Assembly: GCA_963704725.1 (NCBI GenBank)
Contig: OY969934.1
Location: 2,944,001 to 3,008,000, forward strand
Reading direction: 5' to 3'
DNA: 64,000 nucleotides
Origin: an uncultured Actinomycetes bacterium
GTDB taxonomy: Bacteria > Actinomycetota > UBA4738 > HRBIN12
Shown: piece after piece, positions 13,620 to 24,730 of the stretch
How positions within the stretch are numbered: position 1 is the stretch's first letter
Layout of the letters: every line of letters begins with the position of its first letter
The notes under the pieces: model-generated
Databases searched by the model: none
The model's input: only the letters and a program-made list of their open reading frames with translations
What the model was told of the DNA's origin: nothing
Program-made: the position numbers and the translations under genes

Positions 13620-15791
13620 CTAGACGCCCGCCGCCGGCGACGGCGCCGAGCGATCCCGATCCGCCCTGGCGCGTTCGTGCCGCCCGCCGTAGCGGTGACG
13701 GCGTGACGAGACGAGCAGGGTCGCGAACGTGACGGCACCGAGCAGCAACAAGAGGTCGTAGCGAGGGAACGGCGCGTACTGGAACACCACCAGGTGGCGG
13801 CCGGGCGGGACGAGACGACCGACCAGGCTGGGTGCGAACATCTCCGCCTCCACCGCCTGACCGTCGACCGTCACCCGCCACCGGTTGTCGAACGATGCCT
13901 TGAGGATCACCGCCGCCGGACGGTTCGTCTCGACCGTCGCGGAGGCCCTCCCGTCGGCGAGATCGAGGGATGCGGCCACGACCTCGCCCGGAGGCTCCGA
14001 GGGCGACTCGCCATCAGGAAGCGTGGCGGCGGGCGTCGGGATGCCGGCGAAGGAGATCGCCGGATACACACCCTCCGCGGGCTGATGGGAGCTCAGCCAC
14101 GGCGCGATGCGCACGCCGAGGTTCGTGCGGTCGGCCACGATCGGCGCCGACGTGTCGACGACCTGGATCGCGCCGCTCACCGGCATCCGCCAGAGCCGGT
14201 GCCGCCCCCGTTCGGCGACGAGCTCCGCACGAGCCGGCGGCTGGCGATCCGCAGGTTGGATCAGGTACGGGACGTCGAACACGTCGTAGTGCGCGGGGTT
14301 CGTGTCGCTGAACCGGTACTCGGCGGGTGAGGACAGCGACCAGGTCGGCCGGGTGAAGCCCACGGCATCCGCATCGAGATTGAGCAGCTCGATGTAGACG
14401 GGGACCTGGCCAACGCGGTACCGGCTCCCCCAGTTCGATCGCGATCCCGCGTAGATGCGGCCCGGACCCATGTGCTCGGCGATCGACACCAGCGCCGCGA
14501 CGTCCGCTCCGTCGTTCGCGTCGAACACCTCCTGCTCGTGGATCCACTGGGCGCCCTTGGCCGCCCACGCGCCCCGCTCGCCCCAGGCGGGGGCCAGCAC
14601 CGCGACGGCCAGGACGAGCAGACCGGCCAGGACGACCTCGGGTCGTGGAACGCGACGGCGGAGCCGGGCCACGGCGGCCCGGCCGATCCATGCCATCGCC
14701 ATCCCCGCCAGGTACAGGCCGGCCAGATGGACTCCGAACACGTAGCGCCGCAGGAAGAGATCGCCGGAGCCCGGCAGCAGCCGGAGCGCCGGACCGAGCG
14801 TGGACCGACCGAAGAACAGGACCAGCGAGAGGAGCCCGAGGAGGACCACCGCCCTCCCTCGCTCGTCTCGTCGCCATCGCCACAGGCACAGGAGGAGTCC
14901 GATCCCCGCCAGTACCGAGATCACCGGGAAGCGGTTCCGATCGAAGATCTCGCCGGAGACGAGCCAGGTCAGGATGCGCTTGGCGCCGAAGGAGTCGTAG
15001 AAGACCTTGCCGCGCGAGAACTCGTCCTGCACGGTGAACGCGCGGTCGAGCAGGAGAGGGACGACCACCCACGCGGCGATGAGCACGGCGCCGACCCCCA
15101 CGACCGCCGCCCGCCCCACCCGCCGGAGCAGCCGAGAGGGGCGTACCAACAAGAGGACTCCGAGCGAGAGCAGCGCCAGGTACCCGGTGAGCAGGTGCAC
15201 GGCCACCGTCATGGCGACGGCGAGCGCCGCCCACGGGTACGAGCGGCCGCGGACGACGGCGCGGTAGCTCAGACCCCAGGAGATCGGCAGGAGCCACATC
15301 CCCCAGATCTGCGTCCACGTGCCGTATCCACGCCACGCGTAGCTACCCCACTCGTAGCCGAGGGTCGGCGCGCTCGCGATGAGCGGGGAGATCAGTGCCG
15401 CCCCCGCCGAGCGCCACCGCCCGAGCCCGAGGAGCCGCCCGCCGGCGAACACCGACAGCGGCCACAGCGCGAGGCCCAGGTAGAGCGTCCAGCTGTAGGC
15501 GCTCTCGGACCCGATCGGGATCGCCAGGAGTCCCGTCAGCACGTGCGGGAGGCTCTGGTAGTGGTGGAACCGCGAGGACCCGAGCGCGAGCTCCGGGTAC
15601 CACCCGTCGAGGGGGAGGTGCCCACTCGTCCAGCGCTGCTCGGCCCATCCGATCATGGAGCGATGGACCGAGCCGTCGTTCAGGTTCTGGACCGGGGTGG
15701 CCTCGGCCCGCAGGACCCACAGGTTGAAGACGATCGCGAGGCCGACGACGACCCACGGCCCGAGACGATGGACGGCGTTGGCCCGGCGCAC
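13620..15791 (-). CDS. Polytopic membrane protein, YfhO/PTPS-related GT-C glycosyltransferase-like
   Basis: Many TM helices; GWYPELALGSSRFHHYQSLPH loop; C-terminal FDNRWRVTVDG...VPPGRHLVVFQY as in YfhO. Start 10 bp after the rplA stop. Confidence 0.75.
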   Translation of the reverse strand: MRRANAVHRLGPWVVVGLAIVFNLWVLRAEATPVQNLNDGSVHRSMIGWAEQRWTSGHLPLDGWYPELALGSSRFHHYQSLPHVLTGLLAIPIGSESAYSWTLYLGLALWPLSVFAGGRLLGLGRWRSAGAALISPLIASAPTLGYEWGSYAWRGYGTWTQIWGMWLLPISWGLSYRAVVRGRSYPWAALAVAMTVAVHLLTGYLALLSLGVLLLVRPSRLLRRVGRAAVVGVGAVLIAAWVVVPLLLDRAFTVQDEFSRGKVFYDSFGAKRILTWLVSGEIFDRNRFPVISVLAGIGLLLCLWRWRRDERGRAVVLLGLLSLVLFFGRSTLGPALRLLPGSGDLFLRRYVFGVHLAGLYLAGMAMAWIGRAAVARLRRRVPRPEVVLAGLLVLAVAVLAPAWGERGAWAAKGAQWIHEQEVFDANDGADVAALVSIAEHMGPGRIYAGSRSNWGSRYRVGQVPVYIELLNLDADAVGFTRPTWSLSSPAEYRFSDTNPAHYDVFDVPYLIQPADRQPPARAELVAERGRHRLWRMPVSGAIQVVDTSAPIVADRTNLGVRIAPWLSSHQPAEGVYPAISFAGIPTPAATLPDGESPSEPPGEVVAASLDLADGRASATVETNRPAAVILKASFDNRWRVTVDGQAVEAEMFAPSLVGRLVPPGRHLVVFQYAPFPRYDLLLLLGAVTFATLLVSSRRHRYGGRHERARADRDRSAPSPAAGV

Positions 15792-15800
15792 GCGGTGACG

Positions 15801-16520
15801 CTACACCGCGGCCGGCTGTGACTCGGCGTCCTTCATCCGGTTGGTGTCGATCGCGATCCCAGGACCCATCGTCGTGGCGATCGTCAGGCTCTTCACGTAC
15901 TTGCCCTTGGCCGCCGAGGGCTTCGCCCGCAGGAGCTCCTCGACCACCGCGAGGTAGTTCTCGAGGAGCTGCCGGTCCGAGAACGACTTCTTCCCGATGA
16001 TGGCGTGGACGTTGCCGGTGCGGTCGGTCTTGTACTCGATCTTCCCGCCCTTGATGTCCTGGACGGCCTTCGCGATGTCGGTGGTGACGGTGCCCGTCTT
16101 CGGGTTCGGCATCAGGCCCCGGGGCCCGAGGACGCGGCCCGCCTTGCCCACCGTGGCCATCATGTCCGGCGTCGCCACGGCCGCCTCGAAGTCGATCGTG
16201 CCGGCCATCACCTGCTCGACCAGGTCCTCGGCTCCGACGACGTCCGCGCCCGCCTCCCTGGCCTCGGTGGCCTTCGGTCCCTGCGCGAACACGGCCACGC
16301 GCACCGACTTGCCGGTTCCGTTGGGCAGGGACACCGTGCCCCGGACCATCTGGTCCGCCTTGCGCGGGTCGATCCCGAGCCGGAAGGCGACCTCGACGGT
16401 CTCGTCGAACTTGGCGTTCGGAAGCTCCTTGAGCGTCTTGATCGCCTCGACCGGCAGGTACTCGCGCTCCGGGTCGACGAGCTTGGCCGCGGCGTCGTAG
16501 CGCTTGCCCTTCTCGCTCAC
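15801..16520 (-). CDS. rplA: 50S ribosomal protein L1
   Basis: GTG start at 16520 overlapping the rplK stop; [40 protein letters not shown]. Confidence 0.98.
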   Translation of the reverse strand: MSEKGKRYDAAAKLVDPEREYLPVEAIKTLKELPNAKFDETVEVAFRLGIDPRKADQMVRGTVSLPNGTGKSVRVAVFAQGPKATEAREAGADVVGAEDLVEQVMAGTIDFEAAVATPDMMATVGKAGRVLGPRGLMPNPKTGTVTTDIAKAVQDIKGGKIEYKTDRTGNVHAIIGKKSFSDRQLLENYLAVVEELLRAKPSAAKGKYVKSLTIATTMGPGIAIDTNRMKDAESQPAAV

Positions 16521-16951
16521 GAGACCACCTCCACGCCCATGCTCCGCGCCGTCCCGGCCAGGATGCGCATCGCCATGTCGACGTCGTTCGCGTTGAGGTC
16601 GGCCATCTTCTGCTCGGCGATCCGCCGCAGCTGATCCTGGGTGAGCTTGCCGACCTTGGTCCGGTTGGGCTCGCCGGAGCCCTTCTCCAGCCCGGTGGCC
16701 TGCTTGATGAGCTCGGCGGCCGGGGGCTGCTTCGTGATGAACGAGAACGATCGGTCCTCGTAGATCGTGAGCTCGGCCGGGATCACCTGGCCGGCGAACT
16801 GCTGGGTCTGCTCGTTGTACTGGCGACAGAACTCCATGATGTTCACGCCGTGCTGGCCCAGCGCCGTTCCGACGGGGGGTGCCGGGGTGGCCTGACCGGC
16901 CCGGATCTGGAGCTTGACGAGCGCCAGGACCTTCTTCTTCTTTGGGGGCAT
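16517..16951 (-). CDS. rplK: 50S ribosomal protein L11
   Basis: [42 protein letters not shown]...GTARSMG; alternative start 16960. Confidence 0.98.
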   Translation of the reverse strand: MPPKKKKVLALVKLQIRAGQATPAPPVGTALGQHGVNIMEFCRQYNEQTQQFAGQVIPAELTIYEDRSFSFITKQPPAAELIKQATGLEKGSGEPNRTKVGKLTQDQLRRIAEQKMADLNANDVDMAMRILAGTARSMGVEVVS

Positions 16952-17013
16952 CTGCTGCATCCACCTCCTGCGGTCCAAACGGCCGGTCGGGCCTCCCGCC
17001 TAGAGCGTTGTTC

Positions 17014-18108
17014 CTAGACCTTCGCCACCTGGTCGAACGAGAGCTCGACCGGCGTCTCGCGGTCGAAGATGTTGACGAGCACCTTCAGCTTGCTCTGATC
17101 GAGGTTGATCTCGCTGATCGTGCCGTTGAAGTCGGCGAACGGTCCCGAGATGATCCGCACCACGTCGCCCTCCTCGAATCCCAGGCGGAACTGCGGCTTC
17201 ACCTCTTCCTTCTTCACGACCAGGATCTTCTCGACCTCCCGCTTGGACAGCGGGGTCGGCTTGCTCCCGGTGCCGGCGGCGACGAAGCCGGTCACACCCG
17301 GCGTGTTGCGCACGACGTACCAGGAGTCGTTGTCGTAGATCATCTTCACGAGCAGGTACCCGGGGAAGACCTTCCGCTGGACGACCTGCTTCTTGCCGCT
17401 CTTGATCTCCATCACGTCTTCCATCGGGATGTGGACGTTGAAGATCTTGTCCTCCATCTGCATCGTGTGGATCCGCGACTCGAGATTGGTCTTCACCTTG
17501 TTCTCGTACCCGGCGTATGTGTGAACGACGTACCAGTCGCCGGGGCCCCGGAACGGATCGCGGGCGCGGCCCTCGGCCTCCTCGGCCTGGGCGGCCTCGG
17601 CGGCTTCCGCGGAGCCGTTGCCCTCGACCGACGCCGCCGCAGGCTCCGCGGCCGGCGGGGGCTCGGCGGCCGCGGGCTCGACCTCGGTCTCGGCGGACTC
17701 AGCCTCCGCGCTCGGCGGCAGGGCCTCGGCGGGCTCAGCCTCCGCGCTGGGCGCCTCGTCCCCGGCGGCCTCCACCGGGAGCGGCACCTCCTGCTCGAGC
17801 GGGACCTCCACCGGTTCGCCGGTCACCTCCGGGGTCTCGCCGGCCATGGCGGGAGGCTCCTCGTCGGACTGGCCCTGCTGGAGATCCTCGGCGGCCTCGG
17901 GGACGTCGGGCTCGCCGAGGGCAACCTCGACCTCCGCCGCCGGCTCGGCCTCCGTCTGGGTCTCGCCCTCGGCTCGTGCCTCGATCTCGGTTTCGGACTC
18001 GATGGGCTCGCCGGGCTGGGCCGATGCGCCCTCGGGATCGGCGCCGCCCACCGGCTCGGCCGGTGCCGGGACGTTCTCGTCCGAAACGGATTCGGGGATC
18101 TGGTTCAT
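17014..18108 (-). CDS. nusG: Transcription termination/antitermination factor NusG with long acidic N-terminal extension
   Basis: [53 protein letters not shown]; first ~185 aa are E/A/P-rich. Confidence 0.97.
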   Translation of the reverse strand: MNQIPESVSDENVPAPAEPVGGADPEGASAQPGEPIESETEIEARAEGETQTEAEPAAEVEVALGEPDVPEAAEDLQQGQSDEEPPAMAGETPEVTGEPVEVPLEQEVPLPVEAAGDEAPSAEAEPAEALPPSAEAESAETEVEPAAAEPPPAAEPAAASVEGNGSAEAAEAAQAEEAEGRARDPFRGPGDWYVVHTYAGYENKVKTNLESRIHTMQMEDKIFNVHIPMEDVMEIKSGKKQVVQRKVFPGYLLVKMIYDNDSWYVVRNTPGVTGFVAAGTGSKPTPLSKREVEKILVVKKEEVKPQFRLGFEEGDVVRIISGPFADFNGTISEINLDQSKLKVLVNIFDRETPVELSFDQVAKV

Positions 18109-18124
18109 GAGGAGGACCTCTGGA

Positions 18125-18415
18125 TCAGTTGGTGAAGACGTCGAGCACGAATCGTGAGAACAGCACGTCGAGCCCGAACACGAACGACGTGACCACGATG
18201 ACCGAGCAGAGCACGACGATCGTGTAGGTCACGAGCTCCTTGCGCGTCGGCCAGATGACCTTCTTCAGCTCCTGACGGACCTCCTTCAGGAACTGACGCA
18301 CGCCGGTGCGTTCGCGCCGCTGCTGGAGCTGCGCTCGACGCGCCTGCTGTGCCGCCTGGACGCGCTCGACCTGCGTGCCCTGGCGACGCTGCGCTCGCTT
18401 CATCTGCCTGTTCAT
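18125..18415 (-). CDS. secE: Preprotein translocase subunit SecE
   Basis: FLKEVRQELKKVIWPTRKEL plus single TM; between tRNA-Trp and nusG. Confidence 0.96.
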   Translation of the reverse strand: MNRQMKRAQRRQGTQVERVQAAQQARRAQLQQRRERTGVRQFLKEVRQELKKVIWPTRKELVTYTIVVLCSVIVVTSFVFGLDVLFSRFVLDVFTN

Positions 18416-18430
18416 CGTGCTACTCCCTTG

Positions 18431-18504
18431 CAGGGGCGGAGGGACTCGAACCCCCAACCGCCGGTTTTGGAGACCGGTGCTCTACCAGGTTGAGCTACGC
18501 CCCT
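18431..18504 (-). tRNA. tRNA-Trp (CCA)
   Basis: AGGGGCGTAGCTCAACCTGGTAGAGCACCGGTCTCCAAAACCGGCGGTTGGGGGTTCGAGTCCCTCCGCCCCTG; cloverleaf, anticodon CCA. Confidence 0.97.
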
Positions 18505-18546
18505 CCGTGCAGCGGTCCGGCCGGAAGTCGGGGACACCGAACGCCC

Positions 18547-18575
18547 AGTATAGGGGTGCCCCTCAGGCTCGGCAA
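18547..18575 (-). promoter_or_regulatory. SigA-type promoter for tRNA-Trp-secE-nusG
   Basis: Minus strand TTGCCG-17 nt-TATACT, ~40 bp upstream of tRNA-Trp. Confidence 0.7.
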
Positions 18576-18729
18576 AGGTCGCCCGGAGGGGCCGCGAGCG
18601 ATTCCCGCAGGTCATTCCGGGCGTTCGTCGCGATCGTGTGTTCGTGCCCGCAGGTGCGTGATGTTGCACCAGCCCTCTCCTAGACTGCACGGGACGCGTC
18701 GCGCCGGCCCCGGAAATGCGAGCGCCGAT

Positions 18730-20604
18730 ATGGACGAGCCGGTTCCTTCCCCGCCCGGCGACGATCGGGCGAGGCGCCGCGGCCTCTTCGCCGGCCGCGA
18801 GCATGGCAACCCCGACGACGTGCTCGACGACGCCGCGCGGCGGGTCGAGCAGCTGATGGGCAGTCAGCAGGCCACGATCCAGCGTCAGCTGGAGGAGGGC
18901 ATGCACCGGATCCAGACCACCGCCAGCTCGCTGATGCACGAGATCGCGAGCGAGGTGTGGCGCACGGCCGGCGGTGACAAGGACGACGCTCGGTCCGCGA
19001 TCCTGGCCGAGCTCTCGAGGGATCAGGCCATCCGGAGCCTGATCGCGCACTCGGACGAGCGATTCCAGGCGCTCGCCGTCCGGACGGCGCGGCTCGAGGA
19101 CACGCTGAACCACGTGGCGGAGTCGATGCAGGCAACGCGGGACCAGCTCGCCGATCGCGTGGGCGTGCTCGGCTCCACGGAGGAAGGCGACGCTCGCGAG
19201 AGCGAGCTCCGGAGACAGCTCGCGGAGGTCACGAGACAGGTCGCCGCAGCCCTCGGAACGCTGACCGAGCGCGACGAGGCGATCGTCGACGCGGTTCGCG
19301 CCAGCGTCCGCGAGCACGGCGAGCTCATCACGCACGAGACCACCCGGATCTCGGCCGCGATGGAGTCGTACGTGCAGCACGGGGTCGAGGCCATCGGCCA
19401 GCTCGCCGGCAGCGTCGACGTGCAGCTGCACGCGCTCGCGACGCGCGACGGGGAGGTGGCCGATCGGATCGGCAAGACCGTCGAGGAGCAGATGACGCTG
19501 CTCGCCGAGCAGTTCCAGCTCATGTACGAGCGGATGACGATCGACACGTCGTCCGTCACGGAGGCGGTTCGCCTGCACACGTCGCGGAGCGACGAGCGCA
19601 TCCGCGCCGTCGGTGACTACCTCGAGCTCCTCGGCGAGCGCATCGACGTGACGTCCCGGGACGCGGTCGCCGAGGTTCGGACCGCCCTGGAGACGCGCGT
19701 CATGGGCCTCGCGCAGCTCGTTCGCTCCGACTCCGAGGCCCTGCGGCGCGAGCTGGTCCGCTCCACCGCGTCGCTCGACGAGCGGACCGCGTCGTTGCTC
19801 GACGAGCGTCTCGCCGCCGTCTCGACCGCCGTCACCGAGGGCACGGCCCGCATGATCGACGAGCTCGGCCGGTGGATGCAGGAGGAAACCGCTCGCGCCA
19901 TCCGCGGCTCGATCGAGGAGGCCCTCGTCCGTCTCGATGCACAGGCGGAGGAGCGGTCGCGGCGCCTCGACGTTCGCACGGACGAGACCCTCTCGTCGAT
20001 CGACCGGACCATGGTTCGGATGACCGACGCCGTGGAGGGCCAGTTCGAGCGGCTCGGCCGGGCCGTGGGCGACCGCGCGGCCTACGCCGCAGACGCCGCC
20101 ATCGGCGCGCGCTTCGACGACGTGCTGGCTCGCCTGCACGACGCGACGGGGACGATCGAACGGCTCGAACGGACGCTCGAGGACGGCCCCGCCCAGATCG
20201 AGGCGACGATCGCCTCGACCGTGGACACGCGCATCTCCTCGTTGGCCCGCCTCGTCCGATCGGACAACGAGACCCTCGCGGCCCAGATCGTTGCCGACCA
20301 GGAGGCCTCCAAGCAGGCCCTGCGATCCATGAAGGAGCTGCAGGCGAACCTCCCCGCCGAGGTCATCGAGATGGTCGAGCAGCGGTTCGCCTCGCTGGCC
20401 GAGTCGATCGAGCGCTCGAACGAGATGCTCGCCAAGCGGATCGACCGGATGGCCGACAAGGTCGGCGAGCGCTACGGCAACGACATCCAGATCGTGATCG
20501 ACCGCATGGGCGACGCGATGCACGCGTTGGCCAGCCTGGGCCAGCCCCGGCCGGCGGCGGCGGCGCCTCGACGGGCCGCCGAGCCGCGGATCGAGCTCGA
20601 GTAG
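18730..20604 (+). CDS. Hypothetical all-helical coiled-coil/apolipoprotein-like protein (624 aa)
   Basis: ATG 18730 downstream of a TAGACT hexamer (18681); long amphipathic A/E/R/L-rich helices, few prolines, no TM; internal repeat LAQLVRSDSEAL / LARLVRSDNETL. Confidence 0.8.
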   Translation: MDEPVPSPPGDDRARRRGLFAGREHGNPDDVLDDAARRVEQLMGSQQATIQRQLEEGMHRIQTTASSLMHEIASEVWRTAGGDKDDARSAILAELSRDQAIRSLIAHSDERFQALAVRTARLEDTLNHVAESMQATRDQLADRVGVLGSTEEGDARESELRRQLAEVTRQVAAALGTLTERDEAIVDAVRASVREHGELITHETTRISAAMESYVQHGVEAIGQLAGSVDVQLHALATRDGEVADRIGKTVEEQMTLLAEQFQLMYERMTIDTSSVTEAVRLHTSRSDERIRAVGDYLELLGERIDVTSRDAVAEVRTALETRVMGLAQLVRSDSEALRRELVRSTASLDERTASLLDERLAAVSTAVTEGTARMIDELGRWMQEETARAIRGSIEEALVRLDAQAEERSRRLDVRTDETLSSIDRTMVRMTDAVEGQFERLGRAVGDRAAYAADAAIGARFDDVLARLHDATGTIERLERTLEDGPAQIEATIASTVDTRISSLARLVRSDNETLAAQIVADQEASKQALRSMKELQANLPAEVIEMVEQRFASLAESIERSNEMLAKRIDRMADKVGERYGNDIQIVIDRMGDAMHALASLGQPRPAAAAPRRAAEPRIELE

Positions 20605-20620
20605 GCGCGGCGCGGACGCG

Positions 20621-21043
20621 TCACGCCAGTCGGACCTCGGCCTCGCCGCGCCGGATCGGCCACTCCGCCGCGCAGTCGCGCTCGAGCCTGACCCAGACGT
20701 CGATCGTCGCGGTCCGCGCTTCGTCGTCGACGGATCGAACGGTCCCGCCGGCGACGATCGTCTCGTCCACCAGCACGGGAGCCCGGAACAGCGCCCGCAT
20801 CCGGACGAGGAACGCGCCCTCCCCCGCCCAGTCGAGCACGCACGACGTCAGGTGTCCCATCGTGAGCATCCCGTGTGCGATGACGCGGGGGAAGCCCGCC
20901 GCGCGAGCCACCCGGTCGTCCTGGTGCAGCGGGTTCTGGTCGCCGGACGCGTCCGCGTAGGCCTTCACGTCTTGGCGCGTGAAGGCCCGTTCCCACGTCG
21001 GCAGCTCGTCCCCGACGCGGACGTCCTCGAACGAACGGCTCAC
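20621..21043 (-). CDS. MaoC-family (HadB-like) hotdog dehydratase
   Basis: YADASGDQNPLHQD...IAHGMLTMG hydratase-2 motif; conserved position downstream of rpmG. Confidence 0.9.
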   Translation of the reverse strand: MSRSFEDVRVGDELPTWERAFTRQDVKAYADASGDQNPLHQDDRVARAAGFPRVIAHGMLTMGHLTSCVLDWAGEGAFLVRMRALFRAPVLVDETIVAGGTVRSVDDEARTATIDVWVRLERDCAAEWPIRRGEAEVRLA

Positions 21044-21432
21044 GATCCCGCTCGTTCGATCAGGGTGCTTCGGCCGATCGCGACCGTGGCGCCGGCCGCG
21101 TCTCGGAACTCCGCGCGGAGAACGAGGAAGCCGATCCCGCCCTTGACACGAACGTCCTCGATCGTCGCCTCCGCCGTGATCGTTTCACCGACCGACAACG
21201 AGCGCTCCCATCGGTACTCCTGTTCGCCGTGCAGGATCCGGGCGAGGTCCAGCCCCAGCTCGGGATCGCCCACCACCCGGGCCAACCCCGCGGCCAGCTC
21301 CGGCGCGGTCAGCAGGGTCGGCGGGACCGCATCGCCACGATGGCCGACCGCGGCCGCGAACGCCGCGACGCGATCAGGATGCAGCGTGAACGTTTCGGGG
21401 GGATACACCTTCCCGACGAGCGCGGCGTTCAC
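21040..21432 (-). CDS. MaoC/FAS1-type dehydratase partner (HadA-like)
   Basis: MNAALVGKVYP...VPPT...RILHGEQEYRWERSLSVG; overlaps the HadB-like gene by 4 bp. Confidence 0.88.
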   Translation of the reverse strand: MNAALVGKVYPPETFTLHPDRVAAFAAAVGHRGDAVPPTLLTAPELAAGLARVVGDPELGLDLARILHGEQEYRWERSLSVGETITAEATIEDVRVKGGIGFLVLRAEFRDAAGATVAIGRSTLIERAGS

Positions 21433-21610
21433 GCTCGGCGGCCTCCATACGGACGTTCGACCGACATCGGTGTCCCACGCGCGGCGGTCTGCCGTTCTCC
21501 CGATTCACACGCCCCCATCGTGCTGCGAACGTAGCCCCGACGATGTACACGAGCAACCTGTCGGAGCTTCCGTGACTCGACCGATGCCGGGTCCTACGAT
21601 CGGCGAACCC

Positions 21611-22354
21611 ATGGGGCCAACCGTGAACCACGTCGGACCGGGGAACGGCAACGCCGCGGCGGAAAGCAACGGCGGCCCGACGCGGCCGATCACGGTTCTG
21701 ATCGTGGACGACGAGCGCACGTTCGGCGAAGCGCTCGAGCTCGCCCTGGAGCGCGAGGAGGACCTCAGGATCGTCGACGTCGCGACCGACGGCTCGGAGG
21801 CGGTGCGGTACGCGGATCGTTACCGGCCCGACGTCGTCCTCATGGACGTCGCCATGCCCGGGATGAACGGCATCGAGGCCACCCGCCGGATCAAGGAAGC
21901 GGCCCCGGATGTGCACGTCGTCATCCTCTCCGGACAGGACGACCAGTACCTGCTGGCGCGCGCGATGCAGGCCGGTGCGATCGGACTCCTGCGGAAGACA
22001 GAGGCGGTGGTGAACGTGGCCAGCATGGTTCGTCGCGCGCATCGCGGTGAGGCCCTGCATCCCCCGGACGAGGTCGAGGGCGCCCTCCGGCGTCTTCGTC
22101 ACCGCCGGGATCAGGAGGACGACGCGGCCCAGCGGCTCGAGAGGCTCACCCCTCGGGAGGTGGAGATCCTCTCGCACATGGCGGAGGGCCAGACGGCGGA
22201 GGAGATCACCGAGACGCTGGGGATGAGCCCGAACACGCTCCGCACCCACATGCAGAACGTGCTCACGAAGCTCGGCGTGCACTCGAAGATGGAGGCGCTC
22301 GTCCTCGCCATCCGACACGGGAAGGTCTCGACCGTCGACCTCACCGAGGGCTGA
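21611..22354 (+). CDS. NarL/LuxR-family response regulator (no adjacent kinase)
   Basis: VLIVDDE, DVVLMDVAMPGMNG receiver; LTPREVEIL...TLRTHMQNVLTKLGVHSK HTH. Start uncertain (21572-21623). Confidence 0.9.
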   Translation: MGPTVNHVGPGNGNAAAESNGGPTRPITVLIVDDERTFGEALELALEREEDLRIVDVATDGSEAVRYADRYRPDVVLMDVAMPGMNGIEATRRIKEAAPDVHVVILSGQDDQYLLARAMQAGAIGLLRKTEAVVNVASMVRRAHRGEALHPPDEVEGALRRLRHRRDQEDDAAQRLERLTPREVEILSHMAEGQTAEEITETLGMSPNTLRTHMQNVLTKLGVHSKMEALVLAIRHGKVSTVDLTEG

Positions 22355-22380
22355 GCCGGCGAGGCACCGCGAGACCGCCG

Positions 22381-22545
22381 CTACCGCGTCTCGCGATGCA
22401 GCGTGTGCCGCCGCTCCCAGCGGCAGTACTTCCGCAGCTCGATGCGGTCCCGGTCGTTGATCCGGTTCTTCACCGTGACGTAGTTCCGGCGCTTGCACTC
22501 GGTGCACGCCAGCGTGATCTTCGGTCGGTTGTCGCCCTTGGCCAT
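22381..22545 (-). CDS. rpmG: 50S ribosomal protein L33
   Basis: Below the ORF-track cutoff; translates [54 protein letters not shown]. Confidence 0.97.
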   Translation of the reverse strand: MAKGDNRPKITLACTECKRRNYVTVKNRINDRDRIELRKYCRWERRHTLHRETR

Positions 22546-22565
22546 GGCCTCTTCCCGGATCCTCG

Positions 22566-23750
<1,185 letters not shown>

Positions 23751-23790
23751 CTCGTCGTGCTCCTTCTCGGTTCCTCGAGGGATCAGCTCG

Positions 23791-23862
23791 TAGCGGGGGC
23801 GGGATTCGAACCCGCGACACAGCGATTATGAGCCGCTTGCTCTGCCACTGAGCTACCCCGCC
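23791..23862 (-). tRNA. tRNA-Met (CAT), elongator type
   Basis: GGCGGGGTAGCTCAGTGGCAGAGCAAGCGGCTCATAATCGCTGTGTCGCGGGTTCGAATCCCGCCCCCGCTA; anticodon CAT; TAGACT -10 just upstream. Confidence 0.93.
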
Positions 23863-23959
23863 CCGGCGCGGGAAGGAAGTCTACCGGCCGTCGCCGTGCA
23901 CGGCATCCCTGACCAGGGCATACCCGCACCGCACCGGTCGACCCTCGGCACGGCGCCCC

Positions 23960-24730
23960 TCACACCGAGGGGCCGAACCGGAAGTCGCCGAAGGAGGACC
24001 GGCCGTCGTCGTCGTCCGGCGCCGTGTTCACGCGGAGGCCGTGCCGGGTCAGGCCCCCGTACCGGTCCATGTCCGCCGGGTTCAGCGTGTGTCCCACGGT
24101 CTCGCACGTCGACACCCGGACCCGGACGTGGGGCCCCTCGAAGTCGAGGAGGACGCGGACGGTGTCCCCGTTGTCGAAATCGATGTCCGAGGTCCGCGAG
24201 GCGAAGTAGGTCACGGCGCGACCCTGCTTCTTGCCGATCGCCAGCATCCCGCCGGGGTTGACGGGCGTGCGCTCCAGCTTCACGAACAGGTTGTTGTCGG
24301 CGTCGGCGCACCGGAAGACGACGCCGGCGTTGGCCCTCCGGTTCGTCGGCGACAGCGTGAGCATCACCTCGAGCAGGCCGTTCGCGGCCCCCGTGTCCAC
24401 CACGGCCGTGCAGACCTCCTGGCGGAACCGCGGCGTCGCCACGGCCCGGCCCGAGCGGATCGTCCACGCGCCGGCGTCCTCCTCCCACGTCTGGCCGGTT
24501 CCCGCCGTCCCGATCGGACCGTCGGGCCGGGCGAACCCGTCCGCGACCGTGGCCGCGCTCGCATCGAGCGGCTCGATCGGACAGGCTGGCGCCTCGGACT
24601 CCGAGCCGCGGCACCCGCCCAGGGCGAACGCCATGGCCGACAGTCCGGCCAGCCGCAGCGCGGCCCGCCGGTCGAGCACCCGGCCCCCCGGTCCCCCACC
24701 CGGGAGCGCGGGCCGGTGGATCCGGCTCAC
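23960..24730 (-). CDS. Putative Tat-exported lipoprotein with beta-sandwich (ConA/lectin-like) domain
   Basis: DRRAALRL..LSAMAFALGG-C signal/lipobox; DGFARPDGPIG...W...GAW, AGVVFRCADADN, HGL pattern. Start GTG 24730 (overlaps upstream stop) or 24679. Confidence 0.65.
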   Translation of the reverse strand: MSRIHRPALPGGGPGGRVLDRRAALRLAGLSAMAFALGGCRGSESEAPACPIEPLDASAATVADGFARPDGPIGTAGTGQTWEEDAGAWTIRSGRAVATPRFRQEVCTAVVDTGAANGLLEVMLTLSPTNRRANAGVVFRCADADNNLFVKLERTPVNPGGMLAIGKKQGRAVTYFASRTSDIDFDNGDTVRVLLDFEGPHVRVRVSTCETVGHTLNPADMDRYGGLTRHGLRVNTAPDDDDGRSSFGDFRFGPSV

